A stretch of 60,079 bases of DNA from Bacilli bacterium (lineage in GTDB: Bacteria > Bacillota_I > Bacilli_A > RF39 > UBA660): NCBI GenBank assembly GCA_036653735.1, contig JAVVTI010000002.1, positions 1 through 60,079 on the forward strand, given 5' to 3'. The notes beneath the pieces were generated by a model, which did no database searches, had not been told where the DNA came from, and saw only the letters and a program-made list of their open reading frames with translations. The translations under genes were made by a program, and so were the position numbers. Positions 57,591 through 60,079 of this stretch are shown here, piece after piece (positions within the stretch are counted from its first letter, which is position 1; every line of letters begins with the position of its first letter).

Positions 57591-57666
57591 ATAAAAATTA
57601 TAACACGAAAAAAGAAATAAACAAGTGTTTTAGTTAGATGTGGTTAAAAATTGCCTATTATTAAAA

Positions 57667-59163
57667 TTATCCTTTAATTAGACTTTTACCACTCATTTCT
57701 TTTGGAGTTTCTAAATTAAATATATCTAAAATAGTAGGTGCTATATCAGCAAGAGAACCAGTATGTTTTAATACATATTCTTTATTAGTAATAATAAAAG
57801 GTACTTTAGATGAAGTATGACTTGTTACAGGTAAACCATTTTCATCTATCATATATTCACAGTTACCATGATCAGAAGTAATAATAAGTTCATATTCATT
57901 ATTTAGTTTTTCATATATTTTACCTATACATGTATCACATATTTCTATTGCCTCTATAGTAGCTTTTAAATTTCCAGTATGACCAAGCATATCAGGAGCA
58001 GCAAAGTTTACTAAAATAAATTGAGTATTACTTTCCATTAGTTTAAGAACTTCTAGAGTGATTTCCTTAGTACTCATTTGTGGCACACTATCATAAAAAT
58101 CTACATCTTTAGAAGGTACAAGTACTTTCTTATAATTATCAAAATCTATTTTCCTACTACCATCAAAGAAATATGTAACATGAGCATATTTCTCAGTCTC
58201 AGCTACTCTTCCTTGAGATATACCACAGGAAGATAAATACTGTCCTAAAGTATTTAAGGTTTCATGTGATTCTATGGCAAAGGGAAGTCCTTTGTATATA
58301 TTAAATATAGATGCCATCTTTAAATTATTAAATTCTTCATGTTTAAACTCTTTAAAATCTTTATCAAGTAAAGCTGTAAGTAGTTGTTTCATACGTTCTG
58401 GTCTAAAATTAAAAAATATTATACCATCATTTTCCTTTATATTACTTTCTTTATCAATAATGCTTGGCAAAATAAACTCATCACTAATATTTTCTTTATA
58501 TGACTCTTCAATAGCTTCATTAAAATTATTATAGCTTTTTCCATCACCATAAACAATAGCATTATATGCCATAGAGGTTCTATCCCAGTTTCTATTTCTA
58601 TCCATAGCATAATATCTTCCTGTAATAGTACCAACTTTACATTCTTTTATATTCATAATATAAGTTTCTATTTCTTTTAGATATATTAAAGCACTACTTG
58701 AAAAACAATCTCTTCCATCTGTAAAAAGATGAAGATATATATTTTTAATTTGTTTATCTTTAACTAAGTCAATACATGCTTTAATATGTTTCACACTAGA
58801 ATGAACTCCTCCATCAGAAAGAAGACCAACAATATGTAGTGATGAATTATTACTTATAGTATGTCTAACTACTGAGAGTAACTCTTCATTATTAAAGATT
58901 TCCTTATTATCTATATTTTCATTAATAATAGATAAATTCTGTTTAACACATCTTCCACTACCTATTGTTAAATGACCAACTTCAGAGTTACCTACTTGGT
59001 ACATAGGAAGACCAACTGCTTCTCCTGATGCTTTAAGTTGTAAGTTTGGGTATGTACTACTAAGCATGTTATACACAGGTGTATTTGCTAGTTTAATAGC
59101 ATTACCCTTTTCTTCTTTTCTAATACCAAATCCATCTAATATTAATAATATAACTTTTTTCAT
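57667..59163 (-). CDS. gpmI: 2,3-bisphosphoglycerate-independent phosphoglycerate mutase
   Basis: VILLILDGFG, GNSEVGHLTIG, HLFTDGRD and TSDHGN motifs. The ATG at 59163 has a GAGGAG RBS. Confidence 0.9.
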   Translation of the reverse strand: MKKVILLILDGFGIRKEEKGNAIKLANTPVYNMLSSTYPNLQLKASGEAVGLPMYQVGNSEVGHLTIGSGRCVKQNLSIINENIDNKEIFNNEELLSVVRHTISNNSSLHIVGLLSDGGVHSSVKHIKACIDLVKDKQIKNIYLHLFTDGRDCFSSSALIYLKEIETYIMNIKECKVGTITGRYYAMDRNRNWDRTSMAYNAIVYGDGKSYNNFNEAIEESYKENISDEFILPSIIDKESNIKENDGIIFFNFRPERMKQLLTALLDKDFKEFKHEEFNNLKMASIFNIYKGLPFAIESHETLNTLGQYLSSCGISQGRVAETEKYAHVTYFFDGSRKIDFDNYKKVLVPSKDVDFYDSVPQMSTKEITLEVLKLMESNTQFILVNFAAPDMLGHTGNLKATIEAIEICDTCIGKIYEKLNNEYELIITSDHGNCEYMIDENGLPVTSHTSSKVPFIITNKEYVLKHTGSLADIAPTILDIFNLETPKEMSGKSLIKG

Positions 59164-59248
59164 TTTTATTCTCCTCTTACATAAGATTAACACATATCTA
59201 ATATTTAATAAATAAAAAAAGAACTATATATATAATTCCTTTACTTAT

Positions 59249-59539
59249 TTATTTTATATTTTTTTCTTTAGTTACTTTAGTTTCTTTAGTTTTCTTAGTT
59301 TCTTTAGTTTTCTTAGTATCTATAACTTCTTCTTCAGGTTTATTAATATTAAGAACATCTTTTCCTTTATAGAAACCACAAACAGTACAAGCTCTGTGTG
59401 GAGCTAATGAAGCACCACAATTAGTACATGTTGTTATAGTAGGAGCATCCTTCTTTAAATGAGTCCTTCTTATTCTTTTCCTTGTCTTACTTATCCTTCT
59501 AGCAGGTAAAGCTCCAAATAAACAAATATTTAATTTCAT
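59249..59539 (-). CDS. rpmF: 50S ribosomal protein L32 with N- and C-terminal extensions
   Basis: Core ..LPARRISKTRKRIRRTH...CTNCG....HRACTVCGFYKGKDV (Zn ribbon). A GGAGG RBS precedes 59539. 96 aa, against about 57-60 aa typically. Confidence 0.85.
   Translation of the reverse strand: MKLNICLFGALPARRISKTRKRIRRTHLKKDAPTITTCTNCGASLAPHRACTVCGFYKGKDVLNINKPEEEVIDTKKTKETKKTKETKVTKEKNIK
59281..59316. repeat. Perfect 18-nt x2 tandem duplication inside the rpmF tail
   Basis: tttctttagttttcttag (59281-59298) is repeated exactly at 59299-59316. It encodes the KTKETK repeats. Confidence 0.9.
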
Positions 59540-60012
59540 TTTTCTTCCTCCATATCTAGTATATTTTTTAAATCCTCTAACTGATTAGTCTTTATATTAT
59601 CAGTTAAACTCCATCCATCACCACTTGTTTTTATATGTATATTCTCTTTAACAATATGATTTGGCTTTTCTAAGATTATATTCTCCCACAAAATCGGTAA
59701 AATATCAAGTGTATTTCCAATTATTTTTACATTTTCATACATATTTTCATTATTTTCACCAATAGTACAGTTAATTTTAATATTAAAAGGATACATAACC
59801 TCCTCTAAAGATAGATCACAAAGTAACACCATAGTACCTGTAGCATTAATAAATATGTTATAAGTTCCATAATCTATAAAAGATATCTTACCTTGTACTT
59901 TAGTACTTTCAAGTCTTTGTATACCAGCAGCTTTAAGTAAAGTATCATCAATAACTAACTTTTCATCAACTATAATATCTTCATTTTCTATATTATCTAA
60001 ATTAATAATCAT
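59536..60012 (-). CDS. YceD/YlbN (DUF177) family protein, upstream partner of rpmF
   Basis: Size (158 aa), acidic composition and the conserved position overlapping the rpmF start. Sequence motifs were not individually verified. Confidence 0.55.
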   Translation of the reverse strand: MIINLDNIENEDIIVDEKLVIDDTLLKAAGIQRLESTKVQGKISFIDYGTYNIFINATGTMVLLCDLSLEEVMYPFNIKINCTIGENNENMYENVKIIGNTLDILPILWENIILEKPNHIVKENIHIKTSGDGWSLTDNIKTNQLEDLKNILDMEEEK

Positions 60013-60079
60013 AAGCTCCTCCTTATATAAGATTATACATTCTATTTACATTTTTTACAAGAATTATAATATTTTATTA

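Noticed and set aside
1-60079. Search for mobile elements, toxin-antitoxin pairs, restriction-modification, CRISPR-Cas or other defence systems.
   Set aside because: No transposase, integrase, recombinase, Cas or methylase/endonuclease-like ORF was recognised, and no long terminal inverted or direct repeats bracket any block. The accessory content here is envelope- and sporulation-related rather than mobile or defensive.

Overview
All family assignments below come from reading motifs by eye; no database search was run.

The window is very AT-rich and uses the standard genetic code (TGA is used as a stop, e.g. at 16359-16361). It comes from an endospore-forming low-GC Gram-positive bacterium (Bacillota, Clostridia- or Erysipelotrichia-like). 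Sporulation markers present are sigK with a pro-sequence, sigH, a CotY/CotZ-family coat protein, and YlbD-, YlbE- and SpoVIF-like genes.

Most of the window is core machinery, nearly all on the minus strand:
- der, parE-parC and tyrS.
- trmB and the tuf-fusA-rpsG-rpsL block.
- rpoC-rpoB, rplL-rplJ-rplA-rplK and nusG-secE.
- A type-2 ileS with a T-box leader.
- rlmB, trxB, lgt, recD2, gpmI and yceD-rpmF.

An 8-kb plus-strand island (9.4-17.65 kb) carries tRNA-Ile/Glu, then murD - tRNA-Gln(CUG) - gltX - tRNA-Glu(CUC), followed by an M55 peptidase, tsaC/sua5 and an orphan histidine kinase.

No transposase, integrase, CRISPR array or recognisable defence system was seen.

The most unusual locus is 48.7-50.9 kb. 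It encodes a signal-peptide protein that combines a poly-glycine (Gly_rich/ALK-GRD-like) domain with about 8 tandem 16-residue Y-x-C-x-C-S-T-C-G-G-G-C repeats (32 Cys in about 154 aa). Its gene overlaps a downstream lipoprotein gene by 14 nt, so the two are probably translationally coupled.

Other points worth a second look:
- Rifampicin-resistance-type residues in the RpoB RRDR, and a Pro-to-Ile change in the invariant S12 KDLPGVRY loop.
- Long low-complexity tails on L11 and L32.
- A tRNA-Ile with C55.
- Accessory genes inserted into normally contiguous ribosomal/RNAP operon junctions.
- Dispersed pilin-like paralogs with different membrane anchors, next to a TasA-like protein.
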